Assembly: GCA_964016885.1 (NCBI GenBank)
Contig: OZ024741.1
Coordinates: 263,376,001-263,440,000, forward strand
Direction: 5' to 3'
Origin: Eledone cirrhosa
Lineage: Eukaryota
DNA: 64,000 nt
The position numbers and the translations under genes are program-made. Positions 52,371-64,000 of the stretch are shown piece after piece. The notes beneath the pieces are model-generated. The model ran no database searches. It saw nothing but the letters and a program-made list of their open reading frames with translations, and had not been told where the DNA came from. How positions within the stretch are numbered: position 1 is the stretch's first letter; every line of letters begins with the position of its first letter.

Positions 52371-52925
52371 ACTAGCAGTGGTACCCGGCGTTGCGCGGGA
52401 TAAGGTATTGTGAAATATATAACCGCCTTAGCTAAGCTTAGTATTGCCACAACCACGGATGGCAAAGAAGTAAGGGTCTGATGGTACGTAAGTAAGCAAC
52501 ACTGTGGCTTAAAGCGTGAGGAAGAAGTTGTGTGCACTTACCAAATGTTTGAGGAATGAGTGAGATTTGTCTTGAGCAAGAGTGGCAGAATAACCGAAGG
52601 TAACAGACAGCCAGACATACAGACAGATATTATAAGGGTGCGTCGAATTGTAGGAAGTGACGTAATGCAGACAGCCAGATATACATACATAAGGGCGCGA
52701 CGTTATATGTATGTATCTATCTAAAAAGAGAAAGACTAAGAATTATAGAGAGAGATCGCTAAATCGCCTAATGCCGTCTCTAGGGCATTGAAAATTTGAA
52801 ATTGTTTTTGCTCAGAACACTCCCTGAAACATAAGTATTACATGTGTAAAGTTTGAAAACAGTCGGTTGGGTGCTTCTCTAGTTTTAAGGATTCAAACTC
52901 ACACACAGACAGACATCCTCAGTTT

Positions 52926-52930
<5 letters not shown>
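52371..52930 (-). mobile_element. Helitron-related non-autonomous element
   Basis: ACTAG end with adjacent GC hairpin CCCGGCGTTGCGCGGG. Opposite end has CAGACAGACA microsatellite and (TA)n. Confidence 0.6.
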
Positions 52931-52957
<27 letters not shown>

Positions 52958-52959
<2 letters not shown>

Positions 52960-53217
52960 AGTATTAAGTTGTTAAACAATATTCAATGATTATGTCAAAG
53001 AATGAGTTTTACAGTAGATTGGAAGCACTCAACTGAAAATAATTTTCAGGAGTTATTAATATAAGTATTAATAAAATAGATGTTCTTTTGATCAATTACA
53101 TTTTATTATACATATTTCGGATGTACAACAGTACGTCCTCATCAGACAAAATATAATGATACATGACATACCCTGAGATGTAATTGATCAAAAGAACATC
53201 TATTTTATTAATACTTA
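52958..53217 (-). mobile_element. Solo Penelope terminal repeat with a short inverted duplication
   Basis: Near-identical to 61630-61833 and reverse-complementary to 63750-63870. Inverted arms 53062-53100 and 53179-53217. Embedded in (TA)n. Confidence 0.8.
53095..53157 (-). ncRNA. Minimal type-I hammerhead ribozyme motif, family 1
   Basis: Reverse complement of the 63771-63833 motif, with one change in helix II. Confidence 0.75.
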
Positions 53218-53601
53218 TATATATATATATATATATATTGTGTGAAACCTTTTTACTGGTTTGAGAGCTGATGAGGGTGAAGATGTGTGTGTATTTCCTT
53301 CTTCCAGTAACTTCTGTGTGCCAGTACACTTCTTGTCCTCTCCCTCTTTCAATTTTTTCATCTGCCTGTCACCCACTTTGTGGATTGTCTCTCTGTTAAC
53401 CACTGGCCACTGTCCTCTGAGGCATTTTTGCCCATCGCTGTCTTTGACCAACATTTAGCTGTTTTAACAGCTGTTCTGGCAAGTTTTCTCATTTTCATAT
53501 ATAAATATATATAGAGATTTATATAGATTTAGGAGAGAGACAAGTTTGGTTGCTATTTCTGGCTGTTTAAGCAACCATGTAGAGGTTCAGAGTAATACTG
53601 G

Positions 53602-56600
53602 TTAAGGTAGTGGTAGTAGTAGTAGTAGCATTGGTAGTAATAGTGGTGGTAGTAGTGGTAGTAGTAGCAGTAGTAGTAGTTGTGGTAACAGTAGTGGTAG
53701 TAGTAGTAGTAGCAGCGGTAGTAGTAGCAGTGGTAGTAGTAATAGTAGTGGTGGTGGTACTTTGTTGCTAATTTGGTTCACCATTAAGTTGTTTTAGTAT
53801 TTCTGCATCAAGGTGTAGGTTAACAGGAGTGGGTGGTGGTGGTGGTGAATAGAAGAGGTAATTGTAAAGGTGCAGTAAGTACCATATCCTCACTATTGCT
53901 TTTGCCATCATCATCATCATATACATTATCACAAAGAACCCCACCATCACCCCCATCATGAATGTTTACAACACTACCACCACCATCCCCTTCCTCACTA
54001 CTATCACAACCCCCAACATAATCAGTCATAATTTGTTACTACCTCCACCACCACCACTCCACACCATCACTATCTTCATCACCATCACCACCGTCACTAC
54101 CACCACCATCGCCACCATCACCATCACCAAAATCACCATCCTCACAATCACCATCATAATTTATCTTACCACCCACATCATCATCATCACCAATAATTTA
54201 TATTACAACCAACATCTTCACCACCACCACCACACCCACCAATATTGTTATCATTGACCCCACCACCACCTCGATCACAATCAACACTACCATTATCTCC
54301 ACAAGTAAGTTGGCCACATCACCACCACCTATGCTACCACCACCACCACCACCATCGCCACAAACATTACTACCACCACCACCTCCACCACCACAATAAA
54401 CAACACCACCAACATTACCACTAGCACCACCATCATCAGCACTGCAACACACAACACCATCATGAGCACAATCAGCACCACTACCATCACCACCAATGCC
54501 AGCATCACCACCACCACTATCATCATCACAATCATCAACATCACCACCACCACCACCACCACCATCGTCATCACAATCAACACCAGCACCACCATCATCA
54601 CAATCAACACCACTACCACCACCACCATCACAATCAACACCAGCACCACCATCATCACAATCAACACCACTACCACCACCACCATCACAATCAACACCAC
54701 TACCGCAATCAACACCACTACCACCACCACCATCATCACAATAAACACCAGCAGCAGCACCACCATCATCACAGTAAACACCACTACCACCACTACCATC
54801 ACAATCAACACCACCAACACCATCACCACTACTACCACCATCACCAGCAACAGCACTACCACCACCATCGTCATCACAATCAACACACCACCACTACCAC
54901 CACAATCAACACAGCACCACTACCACCACTACCACCACTACCACCACCACAATCAACACCACCATTACCACCACAATCAACACCACCACTACCACCACCA
55001 CCACCACAATCAACACACCCCCCACTACCACCACAATCAACACCACCACTACCACCACTATCAACACCACCAACATCACCACTACCACCACAATCAACAC
55101 CACCACTACCACCACCACAATCAACACTACAATCAACACCACCACTACCACCACCACAATCAACACCACCACCACAACCATCACCATGAATCACATGTTT
55201 AATGATGCAAGTCAGTATGCATGCAGCAAGTGCAGCCAACTTCCTCCCCTCTCTTCTACCATGAAGTTACATGTTGATATTACATGAGTCAGGATGGTCA
55301 TAGCTTGATTCTTTGTAGTGGTGGTGGTATTAGTAGTGGTGGTGGTATTAGTAGTGGTGGTAGTATTGGTGGTGGCGGTGGTATTGGCAGTGGTAGTGGT
55401 GGTATTGGGGTTGGTATTGATGGTATTGGTGGTGGTGTGTAGTGGTGGTGGTATTAGTAGTGGTTGTAGTATTGGTGGTGGCGGTGGTATTGGCAGTGGT
55501 AGTGGTGGTATTGGGGTTGGTATTGATGGTATTGGTGGTGGTGTGTAGTGGTGGTGGTATTAGTAGTGGTTGTAGTATTGGTGGTGGTGGTGGTATTGGA
55601 GTTGGTATTGATGGTGGTGTGTAGTGGTGGTGGTATTAGTAGTGGTTGTAGTATTGGTATTGGTGGTGGTATTGGCAGTAGTAGTGGTGGTGGTGGTGGT
55701 ATTGGCAGTGGTAGTGGTGGTATTGGGGTTGGTATTGATGGTATTGGTGGTGGTGTGTAGTGGTGGTGGTATTAGTAGTGGTTGTAGTATTGGTGGTGGT
55801 GGTGGTATTGGAGTTGGTATTGATGGTGGTGTGTAGTGGTGGTGGTATTAGTAGTGGTTGTAGTATTGGTATTGGTGGTGGTATTGGCAGTAGTAGTGGT
55901 GATATTGGTATTGGTGGTATTGGTAGTGTTGGTGGTATTGCGGTAGTGGTGGTGATGGTAGTGGTGGTGATGGTAGTGGTGGTGATGGTAAAAATGGTGG
56001 TGGTATTCGCAGTGATGGTGGTGGAGTGGCATTGATCGTTGATGGTGATGATAATGGTAGTGGTAATGTGGGTGATGAGATAACTTCGATGCTACTATAG
56101 TTGTTAACACCACCATTACCACCATCACTATCATTACCATCACCACCATCATTACTACCACCACCACCATCATTACTACCATCACCACCACCACCACCAT
56201 CATCACTACTACCATCACCACCATTACCACCACCCCCATCGCCACTACCATCACCACCGTCACTATCATTACCACCACCACCATCATTACTACCACCACC
56301 ACCACCACCACCATCATTACTACCATCACCACCACCACCACCATCATCACTACTACCATCACCACCATCGCCACTACCATCACCTCCGTCACTATCATTA
56401 CCACCACCACCATCATTACTACCATCACCACCACCACCATCATTACTACCATCACCACCACCACCATCATTACTACCATCACCACCACCATCATCACTAC
56501 TACCATCACCACCATTACCACCACCACCATCATTACTACCATCACCACCACCACCATCACTACTACCATCACCACCATTACCACCACCACCATCATTACT

Positions 56601-58050
56601 ACCATCACCACCACCACCATCATTACTACCATCACCACCACCACCACCATTACTACCATCACCACCACCACCATCATCATTACTACCATCACCACCACCA
56701 CCATCATCATTACTACCATCACCACCACCACCATCACTACTACCATCACCACCATTACCACCACCATTACTACCATCACCACCATCATCACTCTCATTAT
56801 CACCACCACCAACATTACTACCATCACCACCACCATCATTACTACCATCACCATTACCACCACCACTATCATTACCATCATCATCACCATCACTATCATT
56901 ACTACCATCACCACTACCACTACCACCACGATCATCACCACATACCGCTACTACTACTACTACAAGCCAGCGATGAGAATATCTGCATGGTTTATCGACA
57001 GCATGTTAGAAATAGCAGTCAAATTTCCCTCAAATCACAATTGTACTGCCTTTACCACAAAAAAAAAAAATTTAAAAAAAAGTAAGGAGACATTAAATAA
57101 TGTAATCCTAGATACACTATGACTGAATGAAAGCTAACATGGTCACTGCTCGTATATGACTGCTTGGGCGAGGTTTGAACTGGGGCTAAATAACAACTAC
57201 TACTTCTGCGTCTAGTACCACCACTACTACTACTACAACAACAAGTACTACTGTCACTACTACAACCAATACTACTACAACGACCACAAGTACTACCACC
57301 ACCACTACGACGACCACTAGTACTACCGCCACCACTACGACGACCACTAGTACTACTGCCAACACCACCACTACTACGACCACTAGTACTACTGCCAACA
57401 CCACCACTACTACGACGACTAGCACTACTGCCACCACCACCACCACTACTACGACCACAAGTACTACTACCACCACCACCACCACCACCACCACTACTAC
57501 GACCACAAGTACTACTACCACCACCACCACTACTGGCCACTACTACAAGACCACAACCAGTACTACTACCAACACTACAACGACCATAGTACTACCACCA
57601 CCACTACAACGACAACTAGTACTACCACCACTACTACTGCAGCGACCACTACTACAAGAGCACAAGTACCACAACGACCACTAGTACCACCACCACAACG
57701 ACCACTAGTACTACTACTGCAACGACCACAAGTACCACAACCAGTACTACTACCACCACTACTACAACGACCACTAGTACCACCACCCACTACTACAACG
57801 ACCACTAGTACCACCACCATTACTACAATGACCACTAGTACCACCACCATTACTACAATGACCACTAGTACCACCACCACCACCACTACTACAACGACCA
57901 CAAGTACTACCACCATCACTACGACCACTAGTACCACAACCACTACTAAAACTACGACCACAAGTACCACCACTACTACAACTATTACTACCACCACTAC
58001 TACAACGACCACAAGTGCCACCACCACAACCACTACTTCCACCATTACTA
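53602..58050. repeat. Mosaic of (GGT/ACC/TAG/CAT)n low-complexity arrays in alternating orientation
   Basis: Blocks at about 53602-53760, 53900-55190, 55318-56070, 56108-56960 and 57195-58050. Confidence 0.93.
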
Positions 58051-58454
58051 AGGATGAAAAACAAAGTTCACCTGAACCAGTGTAAACACCGCAACATATT
58101 TCTACACCATAGTAATGACCCAACTAATTTCTCACCTTATCTAATAATAATAATTATAGTTTCTAATTTAGTAGACACATGACCAGTAATTTCGACCCCA
58201 GTACATGACTGGTATATTACTGACCTCAGAAGGATGGAAAGCGAAGTTGACCTCGGTAGGATTTGAACGCTCAGCAAAAAGAGCCGATGGTATTTGGTAT
58301 GACAATCAGTCGCCTAATCTAATCTATCAGTCTTCTATATAAATAAAAGTCGAATCGTGTCCGTCTACTCGTTATATTATAAATTGTGTCGTTTCGTCGC
58401 GTGACTGTTTTGTGAAAATTAGGTTTAGTACTTCAGTTGAAGAAACATTAATAA

Positions 58455-58830
58455 ATAATTGTTTCTACTTTTGGCACAAGGCCAGAAATTACTCAGTGTA
58501 TTACTGGTACTTTATTTTATCGACCCCGTAAGGATGAAAGGCAAAGTTAACCTCGGCGGCATTTGAACTCAGAATGGCAAGGGCCGTAACTATGCGTCAA
58601 AGCATGGCGTCCGACCCTCTACCGATACTGCCAATCCATAATAAATAATTGTTTCTACTTTAGGCACAAGGCCAGCAATTACCCAGTGCATTACTGGTAC
58701 TTTATTTTATCGACCCCGTAAGGATGAAATGCAAAGTTAACCTCGGCGGGATTTGAACACAGAATGGTAAGGGCCGTAACTATGCGTCAAAGCATGGCGT
58801 CCGACCTTCTACCGACACTGCCAATCCACC
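58455..58830 (-). mobile_element. Tandem pair of SINE family B copies
   Basis: Two consecutive copies of about 190 bp. Confidence 0.85.
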
Positions 58831-58831
58831 A

Positions 58832-59832
58832 GTAATATAATAAAAGCCGTGTGTATTTGTCCGTCACACACTAGAGGTGACTGAGGAAGGAAGGGGTGAT
58901 TACGTCGAATGAGGAAGGAAGAGGTGATTACGTTGACTGAAGACGGAAGGGGTGATTACGTTGACTGGGGAAGGAAGGGGTGTCTAAGCAGCGTCTAACA
59001 TTCGCTACACCTGTGTGTGATTATATGTATAGCGAATTGGCTACACACATTGGCTGTTATGATTATGTGTGTGTGTATATGTGTGTTTGTGTAAATTATA
59101 TTTATAATATTTGTGTGAGTGTATATGTGTTTGTGTGTGTTTATTTAGAAAGATACGTAGACAATAGAATTACAAACGCATATGCATCTACACATACACA
59201 TATATAAACAGACAAACTTAGAAAAAATTATTATTACGTACACACACATCTATGTGATGACTGACGAAGGAGGGGGTGAGAAACTATAGAAGTCCAGTGT
59301 TCTAAGATTCGTCACACGTGTGTGTGGAGCAAATTGGCTACACACATTGGCTGTGTGCTTTTATCACTTGTGTGAGTGAGCGCGAAGGAACCAACCAACA
59401 AACCATCTCTTTTTTTTATATTATGTATAGATATTACAATTAGCTGTCATTTTTGACGGCACGGGGCCAGCTAGTATTATAATAAGAGCGTTGTGTCTGT
59501 CCGTCCGTCACGTTCACTTTATATAGAGAGGGGGAGCGCCAAGCGAAAGAGATATAGAGAGGGGAGCACCAAGCGAAAGAGATATATAGAGAGAGGGGAG
59601 CACCAAGCGAAAGAGATATATAGAGAGGGGGGAGCACCAAGCGAAAGAGATATAGAGAGAGGGGGGAGCACCAAGCGAAAGAGATATAGAGAGAGGGGGA
59701 GCATCAAGCGAAAGAGATATAGAGAGAGGGGGAGCACCAAGCGAAAGAGATGTAGAGGAAGAAAAGGAACGTCATTTCTTTAGAGAGAGAGGGGGGGATC
59801 TTAAGAGGGAGAAGACGTCGCCCTCATCTAGT
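58832..59832 (+). mobile_element. Two head-to-tail Helitron-like non-autonomous elements with internal ~30-bp repeats
   Basis: Each starts TATAATAA.AG...TGTCCGTC and ends CTAG|T (59471-59475 and 59828-59832). Confidence 0.55.
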
Positions 59833-60570
59833 AACAATTAACTGGTATTTTATTTTATCGGCCCTGTAAGAATGGAAGACAAAGCTAACCTCAGCGAGAT
59901 TTGAACTCAGAATGTAAAGGGACGTAACTATATGCCACAAGGCATGTTGTATAACACTATCGTTTACTGCTAATGCACCAGTCTAAGATCAATAATTCTT
60001 TCTTTCTATATTAATTCTAACATAGGCATATGGCTAGCAATTTCTGGGAATGGAAAAGTCGATTATTTCGACCCCTGTCCTTAACAGGTACTTTATTTCA
60101 TCAATCCCAGAACAAGCTTTCTTGCGCTAAGGGACTGAAGTTCCTCCAATAATGTGGAAACTACTCGAATGATCTTTGGTTTTTACATCACTGATTTTCT
60201 ATTGACTCTAAATATGTTAGTATGATCGAGTTTTTAATTTCTTTCTTGGTCTCGGGTTGATGATTTAAAAAAACGTGAGCTAATAATAATTGTTTCTACG
60301 TTAAGCACAAGGCCAGCAATTATCCCAGTGCATTACTGGTACTTTATTTTATCGACCCCGTAAGGATGAAAGGCAAAGTTAACTTCGGCGGGATTTGAAC
60401 TCAGAATGGCAAGGGCCGTAACTCTATGCGTCAAAGCATGGCGTCCGACTCTCTACCGATACTGCCAATCCTAAAAATTATACACATGTACAGTATAGAT
60501 AGTTCAATTCCAGTCTGCCAAGACTGGAATTGAAACATCAGCGCAGTTGAGGTATGTCATACATCAATTT

Positions 60571-60643
60571 ATATATTTTATCTGATGAGGACGTACTGAA
60601 AAAAACAGCACAGTACCTCCGAAATATATATAATAAAATATAT
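60571..60643 (+). ncRNA. Minimal type-I hammerhead ribozyme motif, diverged family 1
   Basis: Perfect 11-bp stem I ATATATTTTAT/ATAAAATATAT, CTGATGA, stem II GGA-c-GTACTG/CAGTAC-c-TCC, GAAA, T-ATAT-A, triplet AUA. Confidence 0.75.
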
Positions 60644-60930
60644 TTTGATTACGTGAATGTCTCCAGCATAGTTACGTCCCTTTACGATCTGAGTTCAAAT
60701 CCCGCCGAGGTTGACTTTGCCTTTCATCCTTACGGGGTCGATAAAATAAAGTACCAGTAATGCACTGGGTAATTGCTGGCCTTGTGCCAAAAGTAGAAAC
60801 AATTAATTTCTTGAATTAATATTAATAACTCCAGAAAACTTTCACTGTTGAGTGCTTCTAATCTATTGTAAAACTATATTCATTGATTAATCAATGAACC
60901 TTGTTTAACTTTTGGTCATATATATATATT

Positions 60931-60961
<31 letters not shown>

Positions 60962-61005
60962 AAGTTAAATAAAAGTCAAATGATTAAAATTTAGCTTCGT
61001 TTATT

Positions 61006-61060
61006 ACTGCTATATATATTTCAGTGACAGCCATCTTTGGCTGTGACCTCTTCAGGCAGT
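61006..61060 (-). ncRNA. Minimal type-I hammerhead ribozyme motif, family 3, left arm
   Basis: ACTGC-CTGAAGA-GGTCACAGCCA aaga TGGCTGTCACT-GAAA-TATAT-ATA-GCAGT. Confidence 0.7.
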
Positions 61061-61293
61061 TTGAATTAGTATGGTATAGACAAGTACATATGTTGTTTAG
61101 GTGTATAATATTGTCAATACTCTGATATGCCCAGTTCCCTGTTGGGTTGTTAATTCACTGAGGAACTGGAACTCTGATATGACTCCAGTTCCTCAGTGAA
61201 ATAACAACCCAACCAGGAACTGGGCATATCAGAGTATTGACAATATTATACACCTAAACAACATATGTACTTGTCTATACCATACTAATTCAA

Positions 61294-61348
61294 ACTGCCT
61301 GAAGAGGTCACAGCCAAAAATGGCTGTCAATGAAATATATATAGCAGT
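61294..61348 (+). ncRNA. Minimal type-I hammerhead ribozyme motif, family 3, right arm
   Basis: Same motif, with one extra mismatch at the base of stem II. Confidence 0.65.
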
Positions 61349-61489
61349 AATAAACGAAGCTAAATTTTAATCATTTGATTTTTATTTAACTTTATTTTAC
61401 ACTACTCCGGAGTAACCAAACCAACCTGCGCACTTCGTCGAGTGCTTCAGCCTGTATACTGAGGTGTTGGTATACAACCAACATATACT

Positions 61490-61541
<52 letters not shown>

Positions 61542-61583
61542 AAGAGTCGGGGTCCGACGGCTGAGCTCTTGCCGTTTCAACAG

Positions 61584-61631
<48 letters not shown>

Positions 61632-61764
61632 GTTAAACAAGATTCAATGAGTACGTCAAAGAATGAGTTTTACAGTAGATTGGAAGCACTCTACGAAAAA
61701 ATAATTTTCCAGAGTTATTAATATTAAAATACAAATATTAATAAAATAGATGTTCTTTTGATCA

Positions 61765-61827
61765 ATTACATTTTATTATACATATTTCGGATGTACAACT
61801 GTACGTCCTCATCAGACAAAATATAAT
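61765..61827 (-). ncRNA. Minimal type-I hammerhead ribozyme motif, family 1, inverted terminal copy
   Basis: Exact reverse complement of 63771-63833. Confidence 0.75.
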
Positions 61828-63770
61828 GATACATAACACCTACCCTCCCAAATAAGGCCCTTTCATATGCTTATAAGCATACTGATATAACCACAGATGA
61901 AATCAATATAATACTAACAGCCAGAAGAACTCTTATTAACTTCAACAACGAATACTGGACACGATCAGATAGAGATAGAAACTTTGATATCACTATGGGT
62001 GCATCCGATTCCGCGCAAATCACAGATCTTCTGGGAATTTTCATATTAAACATGATAAATAAAAAACTGTCTGAGATTACCGGTGGTTTATATAGGGACG
62101 ACATTTTATTTACGGTGGTCAAACACAACAATATAGAACTAAATAGAGTAAAGAAAAGTATAATAGAATTCTTTAAAATGTACGACCTTAAATTAGAAGT
62201 TGAAAATGGTACCAAAATAGTTAATTTCCTAGACGTTACCTTTAACTTAAACACTGGCTTCTATTACCCTTTTCATAAGCCCAATGAAAACTTAAACTAT
62301 GTTAGTAACCATTCATATCACCCGAAATCTGTAAAAAAAAAAAAACTATAGTTAATAGTGCAAAAGCGAATTAATAAAATATCAGCCAATAAAGATATAT
62401 TCGATGAAAATGCTGAATACTACAACAACGAGTTAAAAAGAGCAGGATATACGAATAATATAGAATATGTAGATAAGTAGAATATTTGGATTATTATTAA
62501 GAAAAATAAAAACATATATAAGCGAAACTCTAATAATTATAATTCAAACACCCATATGCCAAATAAATCGAGGATACGAACTAGAACTAAATCAGTCATA
62601 TTGTTCAATAACACGCTGAACATTTACACACTTAACATTATTTTACTAACTTTGATCAATACCATTATTTCTTTATCTCTCTATCTATCTTCCTTTCTAA
62701 GTTTTAAATTTTAGTTTAATATCCAACCCATATATTTTTACGGATCTTATTTATAACTGAATTTTTTAACGCGTTTTTTTATCTCCTATTTATAATATGT
62801 ATGTAATTATATTTTCTATATTTTTTAAATATACCTACTGCATTTATATATCCATGATTCAAATAGAGCAAATATCCAAACTATAAATTATAGACATTAT
62901 CTTGAACTCTGAATTATCCATGCATTTATTATTCTTTCTCTTATATACATATATGTATTTAACTGTAACGCGTAGAACTTTATTATATAAAATTGTAACT
63001 GTTATCATCTACCTAAAGTATACTGTACCATTAATACCTAATATATATCTCTATATACCTCCCTATATATTACTATATATAATGTTTAGTTAACTTCTAA
63101 ATTTCTTGATTACGTTTACTCCGAACTAAGAATAATTAATGCATTTACACCGTTATATATAGGTGTATATTTAACCTTAACATGCATCAATCTATTATTT
63201 TGTTATCTACCTAAAATATTTATATATATATACATAATCGTTATTTAAATATTTCTAACAATAAGTAATTCACAAGCTTTACATACCTAATACGCTCAGT
63301 GTCTCCGTTAAAGATTACATTTAGGAAAATAATCAACAGTATAAACTTTCACTCCTGTTGACCAGCTAAATCCTATAAATGTTACCCACATGAAATTCAG
63401 AAGCTTTGAAATGTTAACACACTTATAGAATTTATAAAACTAATATATAAATAACCAGCAATTTAAAAAAAAAAATTTTAAATCTTGAACCTTCACCCTA
63501 TAATACCATAAATTAAATATTTTCAAAATTAACCGTTTAACTTTCGACAAAAAAAAATCTCCTTCAGCTTATTACCCCACTTTATTCAAAAATTATAGTA
63601 TCATACATCTTAATATCTATATAACTGTTATTTTAAGCAACGTTTTTCTTACTCGCACTTTCTCTGTTGAATTTATTACGTTTTCGCATTTTCTCATTAT
63701 TAGGGTATAAATGTTAAATTTTTCTTGATTAAATCTTAACCATTTAACATCTCAGGGTATGTCATGTATC

Positions 63771-63833
63771 ATTATATTTTGTCTGATGAGGACGTACAGT
63801 TGTACATCCGAAATATGTATAATAAAATGTAAT
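63771..63833 (+). ncRNA. Minimal type-I hammerhead ribozyme motif, family 1
   Basis: Stem I ATTATATTTTGT/ATAAAATGTAAT (two G-U pairs), CTGATGA 63783-63789, stem II GGA-c-GTAC/GTAC-a-TCC, GAAA 63810-63813, T-ATGT-A, triplet AUA. Predicted cut after 63821. Confidence 0.78.
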
Positions 63834-64000
63834 TGATCAAAAGAACATCTATTTTATTAATATTTGTATTTTAATATATATATATATAGGCATAGGTAAA
63901 ATATAACGTCCGGGAAAGTGAAACTAATTTTTATGACAAGTGAATGTGTTTGTTTTTTAGTATTGCTTGTGTGATTATTTTTTCTTTTTCTTTTTTTGTG

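Larger units (their letters stand above)
60955..61399. repeat. About 216-bp-arm near-perfect inverted repeat with a 13-nt loop (Penelope-type fold-back)
   Basis: 60955-61170 pairs with 61184-61399, with only a few mismatches. Confidence 0.95.
61630..63876 (+). mobile_element. 5'-truncated Penelope-like element: inverted terminal repeat, RT fragment, sense terminal repeat
   Basis: FDITMGASDSAQITDLLG...GGLYRDD...VNFLDVTFNL...FHKPN...YV...SYHP at about 61980-62350. 61722-61833 is the reverse complement of 63764-63876. (TA)n on both flanks. Confidence 0.88.

Noticed and set aside
53215-53458. 79-aa ORF as an upstream exon
   Set aside because: No recognisable homology or splice signals. Its end resembles repeat sequence at 39560-39605.
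53602-58123. Poly-Val/Thr/Pro/Gly ORFs
   Set aside because: Translations of trinucleotide low-complexity tracts.

Overview
Repeat-dense eukaryotic DNA. The SINE/RTE/Penelope families and microsatellite load look like an octopod cephalopod; this is inferred, not checked. By hand I assembled one host gene that the ORF track does not show: an 11-coding-exon allantoicase-family gene on the minus strand (CDS 38452->16328, 1191 nt, 396 aa). All its introns are GT-AG with consistent phases. The fold is kept but the family's signature motifs are replaced, so it is a candidate pseudo-enzyme. The rest of the window is mobile and tandem DNA: RTE, CR1 and L1/Tx1 LINE pieces, a DD37D Tc1/mariner element, MITEs, Helitron-like elements, two SINE families and large minisatellites. 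Penelope-like elements and their terminal repeats carry about seven minimal type-I hammerhead ribozyme motifs from three sequence families, often in long fold-back hairpins next to (TA)n tracts. All of the very long ORFs in the track are repeat artefacts.
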